Position numbers and translations under genes: made by a program. This document shows positions 29,026 through 39,504 of a stretch of 64,000 nucleotides of DNA, piece by piece (position 1 is the first letter of the stretch; the number at the start of each line of letters is the position of its first letter). The notes under the pieces were generated by a model that did not search any database, was not told the origin of the DNA, and was given only the letters and a program-made list of their open reading frames with translations. The stretch covers positions 124,001-188,000 of IMG/VR virus record IMGVR_UViG_3300040801_004532; one strand, written 5' to 3'.

Positions 29026-29043
29026 ACCTTTAATAACCTACCA

Positions 29044-29067
29044 CTATATATATTAATTTATGGAAGG
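29044..29067 (+). promoter_or_regulatory. Putative promoter motif CTATATATATWAAT
   Basis: CTATATATATTAATTTATGGAAGG. Confidence 0.5.
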
Positions 29068-29171
29068 ACTATCTTGCATATTTTTTTATTGAAAGGAGGT
29101 GGGTTATTTCTAAGTTTGAAGTTATACCAATTTCAATTTTTATTACCATAATTGTTATTACTATCAATTCG

Positions 29172-29552
29172 TTGTTGGTCTTATTTTTTGGAGATAATAT
29201 AACAGAGATTGGAATACCTTTAGTCGAAGAAGGTGCAAGATTAATCTCGGTAATTATCGGTCCCCCATTATTATATGTATATACTACAGTATTTGTGATA
29301 TTTGAAAATATTGTTATATTAAGCGAGTATCCAATTGAACAAGGATATGAATTTAGTACTATAACTATTAGAATTTTTGTTTCTATGTTTCATTTCTTTT
29401 TGTTATGGATACAATATAGATGGTATAAAAAATATAAGGAAACTAATGATAAAATGAAAATTTTTATTGGATTTTTATTAGCATATATTATACATGTTTA
29501 TTGGAACATTGTGATTGGTCATAGAATATTTAATATTCTAATCTCATTGTAG
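29172..29552 (+). CDS. Membrane protein, PrsW-like intramembrane glutamic peptidase (start uncertain)
   Basis: Multiple TMs; PLVEEGAR, FEN, FHF, IIHVYWN resemble the PrsW EExxK/R, H and HxxxN motifs. Confidence 0.45.
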   Translation: MLVLFFGDNITEIGIPLVEEGARLISVIIGPPLLYVYTTVFVIFENIVILSEYPIEQGYEFSTITIRIFVSMFHFFLLWIQYRWYKKYKETNDKMKIFIGFLLAYIIHVYWNIVIGHRIFNILISL

Positions 29553-29563
29553 GAGGAAACTTT

Positions 29564-31003
29564 TTGCTAAAATTTGAGCAGAACGGACCGAAAGAGTGGT
29601 TGCTTTCTTATGATGATAGCGAACCAATAAAACTTTCCCTTGAGGCCTCCTCTGTTACAAATAAGTATTATCTTGTAACAGATTACATCACAAGGGTTGC
29701 TGAATTTCACGGAGAGCCATTCAGCAAATGGTTCATCAAGCTAGTTAATGACTGTGCTGACTCTGAACAACGGGCAGAAATAATTTCTAACAATCTTGAA
29801 TTATTAAAGAATTATTCAGATGAATATTTGGATTCATTGCAAATTGATTACAGTCAGTTTGTTGATGAATCAAAAGCAAAGAAAAATTCTATCTTATTCA
29901 AAGGCGATGAAATAAAAGAAATCATACGACTTTCGTGTTATTTGAAATTATATTCAGTATTTTCAAATAATACTACACTATCATTAAGTCTTGGGATGCA
30001 CCGAGAAATTTATAACACTCTAGCATCAACTGTTGTCACATCAGATATTGCTTCAAAGATCTTTGATGTTATTAAAACAAAGACATTCAGATATAACATG
30101 ACAGATAGGTTTATGTGGGACTATATTAAAACAATCCAATGTAAAGACATTGGAGTTCATATAATTGAAATATTTAATTTTATTATGAATAACATCATTA
30201 TTCTATGTGAAGAAAACAAAAACCCAATCACTTATTTTGTTGGTGTAATTGATGAATCGGTTAAGTGGTTCCTTCGTTCAGTATATAAGGGAACTATCGT
30301 ATATGATGATGAAATTTCAACTGAAGATATTCATGGTATACATATTAACAATCTTCGGACATACAGTTTTAATGATACATTGGGACGACTAAAGGGCATT
30401 GCATTTAACAAAATATATAATACGCTTGAAAAAGAAAATGCGATGTCAACAAAAGATAACACTGACCAATACATAATTGATTTTAATGGTCGGTTATCTT
30501 CTATAAACTTTATTTCTCCATTGTGTTCATGTTTGGTATTTCCTGTATTGTCAAAGATCACACAGATTTCATATGTTCATTTTAAAACAATTTCGCCTGA
30601 GCATTCTGCTGTTTTATCATATTATCTAAACAGATTACTTCAAAAGGTATTTAAGGCAGACTACAAACATTTATTTTCGTTGTTGGATTTTTATCCTGAA
30701 TCACAACCATCATTAAACACAACATATAAGATCAAAGCAATTCATGAATTTATAAACATGCAAGATAACACTAAAAATTTCTTTGGGTTTAATGTCAAAA
30801 TTCCCCCTCATAATTTCATTTGTCATTATGTTGGGCGTGTTTCAAGAATTAACTTTAGAAATCTATTAACTGGTCAAAGACTTTCGGGTATTCCATTAAG
30901 CAAAGTTGAGACAGATATGGTTCATTTTTACACTTTGTTTTTCGCTGGAAAACTCGATGACAAATTAGACCAATTAACCAAATTGGTAAACGAAGATTTT
31001 TAA
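29564..31003 (+). CDS. Hypothetical 479-aa protein near the RNAP genes
   Basis: RBS GGAGG, TTG start; mostly helical. Confidence 0.5.
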   Translation: MLKFEQNGPKEWLLSYDDSEPIKLSLEASSVTNKYYLVTDYITRVAEFHGEPFSKWFIKLVNDCADSEQRAEIISNNLELLKNYSDEYLDSLQIDYSQFVDESKAKKNSILFKGDEIKEIIRLSCYLKLYSVFSNNTTLSLSLGMHREIYNTLASTVVTSDIASKIFDVIKTKTFRYNMTDRFMWDYIKTIQCKDIGVHIIEIFNFIMNNIIILCEENKNPITYFVGVIDESVKWFLRSVYKGTIVYDDEISTEDIHGIHINNLRTYSFNDTLGRLKGIAFNKIYNTLEKENAMSTKDNTDQYIIDFNGRLSSINFISPLCSCLVFPVLSKITQISYVHFKTISPEHSAVLSYYLNRLLQKVFKADYKHLFSLLDFYPESQPSLNTTYKIKAIHEFINMQDNTKNFFGFNVKIPPHNFICHYVGRVSRINFRNLLTGQRLSGIPLSKVETDMVHFYTLFFAGKLDDKLDQLTKLVNEDF

Positions 31004-31007
31004 GGAG

Positions 31008-31229
31008 TTGAAGATGATCAAAAAATTCAAAGTAAACCGAGACGTTACAAGAACCGAATGTGGGTGGTTAAGTGAAACAGTAGAGAAAGACTCCGTTGTA
31101 TATGAATGTATAATGACCACATACGGATGTATTAGTCCTTCGGGAATTGCAGTAACCATAGATCAAGATGGAGGTTATCCCTTTTTTGAATTGCCATATG
31201 ATTCTCTAGAAGAAATGGCGACCTCATAA
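31008..31229 (+). CDS. Small hypothetical protein
   Basis: TYGCISPSGIAV..PFFELP; RBS AGGAG. Confidence 0.5.
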   Translation: MKMIKKFKVNRDVTRTECGWLSETVEKDSVVYECIMTTYGCISPSGIAVTIDQDGGYPFFELPYDSLEEMATS

Positions 31230-31238
31230 ATATCTATG

Positions 31239-31284
31239 ATGTCTGGGGCGGTGTTATAAAAATCACCCCCCAGACATTTTTTTT
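31239..31284 (+). terminator. Rho-independent terminator
   Basis: ATGTCTGGGG...CCCCAGACAT followed by a T tract. Confidence 0.75.
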
Positions 31285-31294
31285 GTAAAAAAAA

Positions 31295-31308
31295 TAGAAC
31301 AAAATATA
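31295..31308 (+). promoter_or_regulatory. Putative phage promoter motif heading the RNAP operon
   Basis: TAGAACAAAATATA immediately after a terminator. Confidence 0.5.
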
Positions 31309-31311
31309 AAC

Positions 31312-31779
31312 ATGCCTCGCAATCAGGAGGGAACAATGGCAGAAAAAAAATTACAACAACTTGAAGAGCTGATTAGAACAGCAACTGACCATCTACTAAC
31401 TGTAGATGAAAAAATTGGTTATCTAAAATATCCGGAGCTTAAAAAACGTCTTCATGGAAAATTTCCCGAGTGCTTTATTTCTCTAAAACGAATGGGACGA
31501 GATACTTCAGATTATTTGCTTCCATTATGCAATAGAGCGGGAATCATCGATCCAAAGGTTATCCACATTTCAATTTCAGCAGTAAAAAAATTAATGGCAG
31601 ACACCACAGGCATGTATGATACAAATGATCTTCAATCAATACTTAGCAAATTGGATCGAATCAAAGCTAGATACCAAAAAAATATACCAAAACCACCCCA
31701 ACAAGCAGGGAGAAAAGCAGTTGTGACAAGAATGTTTAACAACATCAAAGGTCACCTTGTAGTTCATGCAAAGGATTAA
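31312..31779 (+). CDS. Hypothetical protein (start probably the internal MAEKK)
   Basis: RBS GGAGG before the internal ATG; first gene of the RNAP operon. Confidence 0.5.
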   Translation: MPRNQEGTMAEKKLQQLEELIRTATDHLLTVDEKIGYLKYPELKKRLHGKFPECFISLKRMGRDTSDYLLPLCNRAGIIDPKVIHISISAVKKLMADTTGMYDTNDLQSILSKLDRIKARYQKNIPKPPQQAGRKAVVTRMFNNIKGHLVVHAKD

Positions 31780-31782
31780 TAG

Positions 31783-34782
31783 ATGAAACTTTTAAATGTT
31801 GAAAGCTTTACAAGGGGGCTAACTCCCGTAACTTCCACTGAATTAAAAACCAGATCTGGAGAACCACATCCAGAAGGATTATTTAGTGAAAAGATTTTTG
31901 GTGTGGAAGGTTCGTTGGACCGAAGCAAACGATATTCTTACATCAATTTAAATTCAAAAATCGTTCATCCTGCAGCATATAAACTCTTGAAACGTATTGA
32001 CTCACGAATTGAAAAATTCCTTAACACAGAGGAAAGTTATTCAGTAGATTCGGAAGGGAAAATGATAGCAGATGATAATGGAGTATCAGGAATTTCAGAG
32101 TTTATCGAAATATTTCCCAAAATAAAATTAAGGGGCGGAACAGCGGCCAGAGATAAGATTAATAAGGTTATAACTGATAGCTACAAAACAGGAACTCTAT
32201 TCATTGATAAACTCCCTGTTGTTCCGCCAGATTTCCGTCCGATGTACACAGACGAGGGAGGTAACTTAATTGTTGATGAACTAAATACATATTATCAAAA
32301 AATAATTAGAAAGGCTGCTCAAGTTAAAAGTGTTGGATCAGGAGGAGCACTTTTTAATCTATTGAATTTTTATTTGCAAATTGCAGTAAATGAACACGAT
32401 GAATATGTAAGGACAAAAATTGCAAAAAAGTCTGGACTAATTCGTTCTAACATGTTAGGAAAACGAGTTGATTTTAGTGCCCGTGGTGTTATTACTCCCG
32501 GACCACAATTAGATGTAAATGAAATAGGCGTTCCACTAAGATCAGCTGTAACTCTTTTTCAACCTTTTCTTATTCATTATTTCTTATTCTCAAAAAAATA
32601 TCCATATAAAGATATACTTGAGGAAGAAGTTAAAAAATTTACAGACTCCGAATTATCAGTTGATACACTTAACCGAGTGATTAAATCAATAAGAGTTGGA
32701 GATAAAGTTCCAGATAGACTTGAAAATTTATTTAAGCAAGCCGCTGAAGTTGTAATGAAGGGACGAGTTGTATTAGCAAAACGAGACCCTGCTCTTCATG
32801 AGGGTTCATACAGAGCTTTTAGACCAGTATTAGTTGATGGGCATACCATTCAAATGTGTACTCTCCAGGTTGGAGGTTTCAATGCGGATTTTGATGGTGA
32901 TATGATGGCATTATATCACCCTCTAACTAAAGAATCACAACAAGAAGCCAAAGAGAGAATGATGCGTGGGGTTGGCAGCAAGAATAGTAGACATGTAACA
33001 TTTGAACTTTCAAAAGAAATGGCTGTTGGACTTTATACTATGACAAAAAATGTTAGACGAGGGTCATCTCCAATTGCAGTTAGTGAGGAGGATCTTGAAA
33101 AAGCCAATGATCCATATATTCCCGTAAAGTATAGAGGAAAAGCTACAACAATGGGGCGAGCGATTTTCAATAGTGTATTTCCAACAAACTTTAGATTTAT
33201 TGATCAATTAGTAACAAAGAAAACAGTGAATAACTTGATACCTGAAATTATTGATCAATATGGCGATGAAGTGGCTGAAAAGGTTTTTTCAAAACTAGAA
33301 AAAATTGGCTTTAAATTTGCAACCATTATTTCTCCCACATTAACACTTGATATGATTGATATGCCTGATAGTATCGAACGAATCAGAGAAAAATTAAAAA
33401 ATTCAAGCCCGGGTGAAGCTGATAAACTACTTCGGGATGGCGAAAAAATAATGATTCAACATTTAAAAGATACTGGTTTATATGATCTCATTGAGTCAGG
33501 AGCAGGAAAGGGATGGGGACAACCAAGACAGATATTAGTTTCAAAGGGTGTAATATCAGATCCAAAAGGAAATGTTCTTCCGCCAATTGAAGGATCATTT
33601 GCTGAGGGTTTGAAAACAACAGAATTTTTTAATGCTGCATCCGGTGCTAGAAAAGGTATGGCGGACCGTGCATTGAATACAGCAGACACTGGTTATTTTA
33701 CAAGACAGCTTGTTTATGTTTTATCCCCAGTTGAAGCAAGCCCAACTATAAGAGATTGTAAAACAAAAAGAACTTTAAATTTAAGATTGACAAATGATCT
33801 AATAGATCGACTATCTGGACGATATATAATCGAGAGAGGAAGAGTTGAAAAATTTTCGTCAAGATATAAGGCTGGGGATACTATTAGATTAAGAACTCCA
33901 ATATTTTGTGAAACAAAAAAGATTTGTCATACCTGTTACGGAGATCTTTTAAAGAGACATAAAAGTCCCTTTGTTGGAATCATTGCTGGAGCATCAATTG
34001 GCGAGCGTGGAACACAGTTAATCATGAGAACATTCCATACTGGTGGTGCTGCAACATTTGCTCAATATGATGTTTTACAAGATATTTTTGACAATGATCC
34101 ATTAATTGAAGTAGACTTGAAGAAATACCTTACTCAATATGAGGATAAACTTATAGCTGCAAAACCATGTAAATTAACAATTGATTTGACCAATTATGAT
34201 ATGAATAATAATATCCAAATTAAAAGAGATTTAGTTTGGGTAAATCATTTGTTATCAAGAATTGAATATGATGATACAATCTTTAACATATCATTAGATT
34301 ATCCCGTTGAATTAACAAGAACTACAATGAATCAGATTGGAAAAGAATATTTAGAGTTTACATTTGCAAAGGATGATATAATGCTTGAAATTCCATTGCA
34401 AACTACAGAAATCAAAGAGCAGGTAAATTATGTTGGCAGGTTGTTGGGAGGAAAGGTTGTTTATAAAGATCCATCCCATTTATTGACAAAGATATTAAAA
34501 ATTTATGGTGGTAAGGTTTCTGATTTGGACCTTGTACATTTTGAGGTCTTGCTTTCACAAGTTTTACGAGATAAAAGAAATGATATGTTGCCAGCTCGAT
34601 TGGGACCAACTTGGGATCCAGTAATGATGAATATTAAAAATGTAGTATTTTCTTCAGGGTTCCTTCAGGGGTTGGCATTTGAAAATGTAAATAAGGCGAT
34701 AGAGACTGGGCTCATTTCAGAAGGAGAGCTTGAACCATCTATTCTCGGAAGGGTGTTGACAGGCGAGGTTATAACAAGATAA
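31783..34782 (+). CDS. rpoC: Phage multisubunit RNA polymerase, beta'-like subunit
   Basis: GLFSEKIFG, LPVVPPDFRP, LGKRVDFSAR.VI, catalytic NADFDGD, TADTGYFTRQL, trigger loop IGERGTQLIMRTFHTGG. Confidence 0.95.
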   Translation: MKLLNVESFTRGLTPVTSTELKTRSGEPHPEGLFSEKIFGVEGSLDRSKRYSYINLNSKIVHPAAYKLLKRIDSRIEKFLNTEESYSVDSEGKMIADDNGVSGISEFIEIFPKIKLRGGTAARDKINKVITDSYKTGTLFIDKLPVVPPDFRPMYTDEGGNLIVDELNTYYQKIIRKAAQVKSVGSGGALFNLLNFYLQIAVNEHDEYVRTKIAKKSGLIRSNMLGKRVDFSARGVITPGPQLDVNEIGVPLRSAVTLFQPFLIHYFLFSKKYPYKDILEEEVKKFTDSELSVDTLNRVIKSIRVGDKVPDRLENLFKQAAEVVMKGRVVLAKRDPALHEGSYRAFRPVLVDGHTIQMCTLQVGGFNADFDGDMMALYHPLTKESQQEAKERMMRGVGSKNSRHVTFELSKEMAVGLYTMTKNVRRGSSPIAVSEEDLEKANDPYIPVKYRGKATTMGRAIFNSVFPTNFRFIDQLVTKKTVNNLIPEIIDQYGDEVAEKVFSKLEKIGFKFATIISPTLTLDMIDMPDSIERIREKLKNSSPGEADKLLRDGEKIMIQHLKDTGLYDLIESGAGKGWGQPRQILVSKGVISDPKGNVLPPIEGSFAEGLKTTEFFNAASGARKGMADRALNTADTGYFTRQLVYVLSPVEASPTIRDCKTKRTLNLRLTNDLIDRLSGRYIIERGRVEKFSSRYKAGDTIRLRTPIFCETKKICHTCYGDLLKRHKSPFVGIIAGASIGERGTQLIMRTFHTGGAATFAQYDVLQDIFDNDPLIEVDLKKYLTQYEDKLIAAKPCKLTIDLTNYDMNNNIQIKRDLVWVNHLLSRIEYDDTIFNISLDYPVELTRTTMNQIGKEYLEFTFAKDDIMLEIPLQTTEIKEQVNYVGRLLGGKVVYKDPSHLLTKILKIYGGKVSDLDLVHFEVLLSQVLRDKRNDMLPARLGPTWDPVMMNIKNVVFSSGFLQGLAFENVNKAIETGLISEGELEPSILGRVLTGEVITR

Positions 34783-34794
34783 CGGAGAATTTGA

Positions 34795-37700
34795 ATGATC
34801 AAATATGACTCATTAATTCAGTACACAAGAGTTGTAGATTCATTAAGGTTTCCTCTAGATCGAGACAAGCCATTTTTAATGGTCTATTTCTCTGAAAACT
34901 CCTTGTTTGCAAAAGATTATCCAAAGCTTAATTTGAGGAGAGTTGATTTTCGGCATGTGATTGTTCCGTTTACAAGATTGCCTGTCACAAGGTTGACTCC
35001 AGAAGTACGCGCAGCTTATAAAGAGTACAACCTTCGTCCATATAGTATGCAAATGAAATTCCCCAGTGATAAAAATCTTATCTTTGATACTACATTTTAT
35101 ACCAACACAGTTGATAAAACATATAAACCAAATACATACAGACAAAGAGCTGGATTCTTAATTCAAAATATTCTTAGTAAATCTTTTCAATCATTTCCTG
35201 ATAATTATAGAAAGATTCTTGCATATGCGGTCGATAAAAACGAGCCTCTCAATACATTTGTAAATAGAAAAATTTTCCCGATTTTAAGACAACTACGTTC
35301 AAAAGAAATTTATTTTGATGATCTTCTTTTGATTGTCATTGGTGATACAGATGCCAGATATAGACTTTTGGTAAAAGATCAAGATTATAAATTTCAACGC
35401 GTGGTTCAGTATGTAAAAACAATAAAGGCTGATGATACAGAAGAAGAAAAAGAACAGGAAGTTATCAATGCAACAATGAAGATAATGAAGCATGTAGGGT
35501 CCGATGTTGCTAAACCAGATACTGTTAAATATGCTGTTAAGGATTATCTTGACAAGAATCCAAGTATGGTTGATAAAATTGCTAATGGTGAATTAAGTAG
35601 CGAAGAGATGGAAAAGCTTACTGCTGCATCAATATTTTTTAGAACAAGTGGGGATTTAAGCAAAGCCAATCGGTTGGCAAAAGCGATACCAGCAGGAAAG
35701 GCAAAGACAGCCGTTCAGAGAATTAGCAGACAATATGAAGATGACCTTCTTAAGAAACAACCATCAGAGAATTTAAGCGACTATATTTATAATCAAACTG
35801 AACCTTTGGCAGAAATGGTTGATAAAAAAACACCTGAGCATATCTTTGATAAACGGAGAATCGACTTTGAAACAAATTTGAAAAAAGATATGTCTAATGC
35901 ATTTAAGGTTCTTGAGAATAGGGATATCCCGTTATCATTTCAGTCAATATCAATTAAACCAAAACCTCAAAAGGCCGGGGAGCTTTCAAAGTCTGATGAA
36001 GCCTTAGTTGAAATCAAACTAAAAGATAAGAGCGGTAGGGTTCACGACGTTCAACTTTCAATCCCTAGAATTGATCCGAATACAGGAACATTCAGGGTTA
36101 ATGGTAAACGAAAATGTATGATCAATCAAATTGTCCTGAATCCAATTAGTTTTCCCAAGGCATATGACTCAAAATTTGAAAGTTCGTATTCAAGTTTTCA
36201 TATTTATAGCAAACGAACCAAAAAATTAAAATACCTTGAAGTGTATATGGGTTCATTTAGGATGCCTCTTATGATCCTACTTTGCTACGCATTTGGTTTT
36301 CAGGAAATCTTGCAGCAATATGGAATAAAAGCACAAATAGTAAAAGAAAAGCCAAATAAAGATAAATATTTTTCAGAAGTTCCTAGTTCATATCTACTTT
36401 TTGAAAATGTTGATACAGAATTAAAAGAAGAATTAGTATCTTCATTTATCCATGCAAAGATTAATCAATATGAAATTGATAAGGAATTTTTATCTAAAAA
36501 ATATTTTAATGATTTGATTATGAAGATGACTGGACGTGTTGATGCTACATACCTAATTTCAAATAACATTGAAAATATAGTTGATCCAATAGTAAGGCAG
36601 GTCTTGATAAACCAACAATTACCATTTGAGTTACCACACATCATTCAATATATGTCAGAAAAGGTTGTAGCTGGTTTTGTTCAAGATAGAAACGATCTGA
36701 CAAATCAACGAATACGAAATTCGGAACTTCTTGTTCATTTGGCTCAAAAGCAATTATTAACAGCATATACTGAATACAGGCAACAATATTTAGCAGGAAA
36801 CAAAGATGCAACATTAAATGTTCCAGAGGGAAAAGTTTTAAGACAATTCGTTGGTCTGGAAATTGTACAAGATATGGAGTATGCGAATCCTGCTGAGGAG
36901 ATGGCTGCTATTACAAAAACGTCTCCGGTAGGTAAAACTGTTGGAGGTATTCCCGATAAACAAGCTGTCCAGTTAGATGCAAGAAATGTTCATACAACAT
37001 ATTTCGGAAATATTGATCCGCTTGATACAGCAGAAGGACCAAACATTGGTATTACCCAACAATTAACTGTTGATGCATATGTCACATCGGCTCGTGGATT
37101 GTTTGGAAGAAAGGCAATGTTGGATTCTGAATCCTCGGGGATTCTTTCAACATCTTCAGCTCTTGTCCCATTTATTGAAAACAATGAAGGTGCAAGAATT
37201 ATCATGTCTTGTAACCAGGTTAAACAGATGTTGCCTTTAAAAAACCCAGAGCCACCAATAGTCCAAACAGGTTATGAGTCATTATTAACAAATGTTCTAT
37301 CTGACAGCTTTGTTAAAAAATCACCATGTAAAGGAAAAATTGATAAAATAACTAATGATTATATTGACATAATTTGTACTGGCAATAAGAAACAGAGAAT
37401 AGATATTTCGCCTGTTCAATTGAAGTCTGGTAGCGGTAAAAACACCTTAAGTACATTCAAACCAATTGTTTCAAAGAATCAGTCTGTTAAAGAAAAGCAG
37501 ATTATTGCTGAGGGGAGTTGTATCTCTGGCGGAACAATTTCAATGGGTAGAAATTTGGCTTGTGCATATATGCCATACAAAGGATATAACTTTGAGGATG
37601 GTTTAGTAATAAATGAAAAATTGGTTAGCCAAAATAAACTAACATCGCTTCATGGTATTGATGTTGAGGCAACAGTCGAAAAAAATGATCGAGTAATTAG

Positions 37701-38880
37701 TATTGTTGAGCTGGGAAAACACACAGAAAAGGGCGACCCACTTTTTAGAAAATTTCCTGGTGATATTGATGAACTATTGGGTTATGACCAAGAAGAGGAT
37801 GAAAGTGTTGATACATATGATGGTCAAATTATTATCAAAAGTCCAGGTGGTCGTGTAGTTGATATTGATGTTTTCTCTAATCTTCCGCCTGATCATTTTC
37901 CAGCATTAAAACCTTTGATTGAAAGAACCAATAAAAAATTCAAAAAGCCAGCAAAAGATAAATTTACAGATAGGGGTATATCAATCAAAGGTATAAAAAT
38001 AGTTTTTAAAGTAGAACAAGAATTGCCAATTGGAATTGGAGATAAACTGTGTAATAGATTTGGTAATAAGGGAATAATTTCTTTAATTGAAAAAGATGAA
38101 TTAATGCCAAGAACTCCTTGGGGTGAAAGGCTTGATATTATTCTTAATCCCCTTGGGGTAATAAGCAGAATGAATATGGGCCAAATTTATGAGTTGTATT
38201 GTGGGTTGATTTCAAGATATGTTGCCAATCAAATTAAACGAGGAGCAAACAAATCTGAAGTAATCTCAATGTTTAGCGCAGTTGTAAAGGGGCTTGACAC
38301 CTCTCCAAATAATAAATTCAGTACAAAATTTTTAGCGAATTTGAAAAAATTAAGTACAGCTCAATATAATAAAATGATTGATCAAATTAAAAATGCAGGA
38401 TATATTCCAATTATTGTACCTCCATTTAAGGCGCCTTCTCACAAACAAATATTGCCCTTACTGAAAAAATTTAATCTGAAAACTGGATATAATTTATCAT
38501 TGCCTGAGTTTAATACAAAAACAAAAAACTCTGTTCCGTTTGGTTATTTGTATATTGCAAAGTTGGAGCATATTGGTAAGGATAAATTACACTCAAGATC
38601 AACCGGACCAACTGTTGGGAAGATATTACAACCAACCGGAGGGAAAAGAAGGGAGGGCGGACAAAGAATGGGAGAAGGTGATACATGGTCATTAGCATCA
38701 TATAATTGTCCACATTTATTATCAGAATTCTTTGGGCCACTATCAGATGACGTGGTAACAAAAAATGAAATCCTTACTGATATAATTCAAACTGGTGAAG
38801 CTGATTTTAGAGCTACAAAATCATCACCAACCAAAGATTTACTAAACGCATATTTCACATCGTTGATGTTGGGGGGATAA
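34795..38880 (+). CDS. rpoB: Phage multisubunit RNA polymerase, beta-like subunit with N-terminal extension
   Basis: GTFRVNG, TAEGPNIG, GYNFEDG, GDKLCNRFGNKG, LNPLGVISRMN, KLEH, GGQRMGEGD. Confidence 0.95.
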   Translation: MIKYDSLIQYTRVVDSLRFPLDRDKPFLMVYFSENSLFAKDYPKLNLRRVDFRHVIVPFTRLPVTRLTPEVRAAYKEYNLRPYSMQMKFPSDKNLIFDTTFYTNTVDKTYKPNTYRQRAGFLIQNILSKSFQSFPDNYRKILAYAVDKNEPLNTFVNRKIFPILRQLRSKEIYFDDLLLIVIGDTDARYRLLVKDQDYKFQRVVQYVKTIKADDTEEEKEQEVINATMKIMKHVGSDVAKPDTVKYAVKDYLDKNPSMVDKIANGELSSEEMEKLTAASIFFRTSGDLSKANRLAKAIPAGKAKTAVQRISRQYEDDLLKKQPSENLSDYIYNQTEPLAEMVDKKTPEHIFDKRRIDFETNLKKDMSNAFKVLENRDIPLSFQSISIKPKPQKAGELSKSDEALVEIKLKDKSGRVHDVQLSIPRIDPNTGTFRVNGKRKCMINQIVLNPISFPKAYDSKFESSYSSFHIYSKRTKKLKYLEVYMGSFRMPLMILLCYAFGFQEILQQYGIKAQIVKEKPNKDKYFSEVPSSYLLFENVDTELKEELVSSFIHAKINQYEIDKEFLSKKYFNDLIMKMTGRVDATYLISNNIENIVDPIVRQVLINQQLPFELPHIIQYMSEKVVAGFVQDRNDLTNQRIRNSELLVHLAQKQLLTAYTEYRQQYLAGNKDATLNVPEGKVLRQFVGLEIVQDMEYANPAEEMAAITKTSPVGKTVGGIPDKQAVQLDARNVHTTYFGNIDPLDTAEGPNIGITQQLTVDAYVTSARGLFGRKAMLDSESSGILSTSSALVPFIENNEGARIIMSCNQVKQMLPLKNPEPPIVQTGYESLLTNVLSDSFVKKSPCKGKIDKITNDYIDIICTGNKKQRIDISPVQLKSGSGKNTLSTFKPIVSKNQSVKEKQIIAEGSCISGGTISMGRNLACAYMPYKGYNFEDGLVINEKLVSQNKLTSLHGIDVEATVEKNDRVISIVELGKHTEKGDPLFRKFPGDIDELLGYDQEEDESVDTYDGQIIIKSPGGRVVDIDVFSNLPPDHFPALKPLIERTNKKFKKPAKDKFTDRGISIKGIKIVFKVEQELPIGIGDKLCNRFGNKGIISLIEKDELMPRTPWGERLDIILNPLGVISRMNMGQIYELYCGLISRYVANQIKRGANKSEVISMFSAVVKGLDTSPNNKFSTKFLANLKKLSTAQYNKMIDQIKNAGYIPIIVPPFKAPSHKQILPLLKKFNLKTGYNLSLPEFNTKTKNSVPFGYLYIAKLEHIGKDKLHSRSTGPTVGKILQPTGGKRREGGQRMGEGDTWSLASYNCPHLLSEFFGPLSDDVVTKNEILTDIIQTGEADFRATKSSPTKDLLNAYFTSLMLGG

Positions 38881-39501
38881 ATGGCTGATAACTCAAATGA
38901 ATTATTAATTGGAAATTCGATTCCTCTGCCAGGACCTGGAGATGGTCCAGAATTTAATAACTATTCAGAGGGGTTGATTGAGCAAGATCAATATGCCATT
39001 TATACATCTACAAAAGATGCTCTAATAAATAATTTGGGTACAGAAAAATTTAAAAATTTGTGGCAATCGCTTAATGATGATATTAAGTTTAATACTCATG
39101 AACGTCAAAGAATTTTTTCAGAACAAATATTAGACAAAATTGGTGAAGTATATGATTTTCAATTTCCGACGAATATTTCATTAGAAACTGAATATGAAAT
39201 GAAGGATTTTTATAAATTTTTAGAATTTTTGGAGTATGATAATATCGAATTTATTTCATCGGTTTGGAGATTCGTTAAACCTGTCAATCTAATGAGATTT
39301 GATATTGAGAAATTTTGCAACGAAAACAAACAAAAGATTATAGATGAAATTGAAGAACAAGTTGATGCTCACCCTCAAACAGAGTTGATTACTATATTTT
39401 CCAGAACATATTATAAAGATGGAATGATCAATTGGTTTATTAAGAATACAAAAAGATCGAAGATTGATATAACGATCAATATCTTTGAAAGCGAGGGATA
39501 A
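38881..39501 (+). CDS. Hypothetical protein
   Basis: Coupled to the rpoB-like gene. Confidence 0.5.
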   Translation: MADNSNELLIGNSIPLPGPGDGPEFNNYSEGLIEQDQYAIYTSTKDALINNLGTEKFKNLWQSLNDDIKFNTHERQRIFSEQILDKIGEVYDFQFPTNISLETEYEMKDFYKFLEFLEYDNIEFISSVWRFVKPVNLMRFDIEKFCNENKQKIIDEIEEQVDAHPQTELITIFSRTYYKDGMINWFIKNTKRSKIDITINIFESEG

Positions 39502-39504
39502 CGA

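Noticed and set aside
10029-38880. Inteins or introns in nrdJ, uvsX or the RNAP genes
   Set aside because: Motif spacing is continuous; no splice-junction or homing-endonuclease motifs seen
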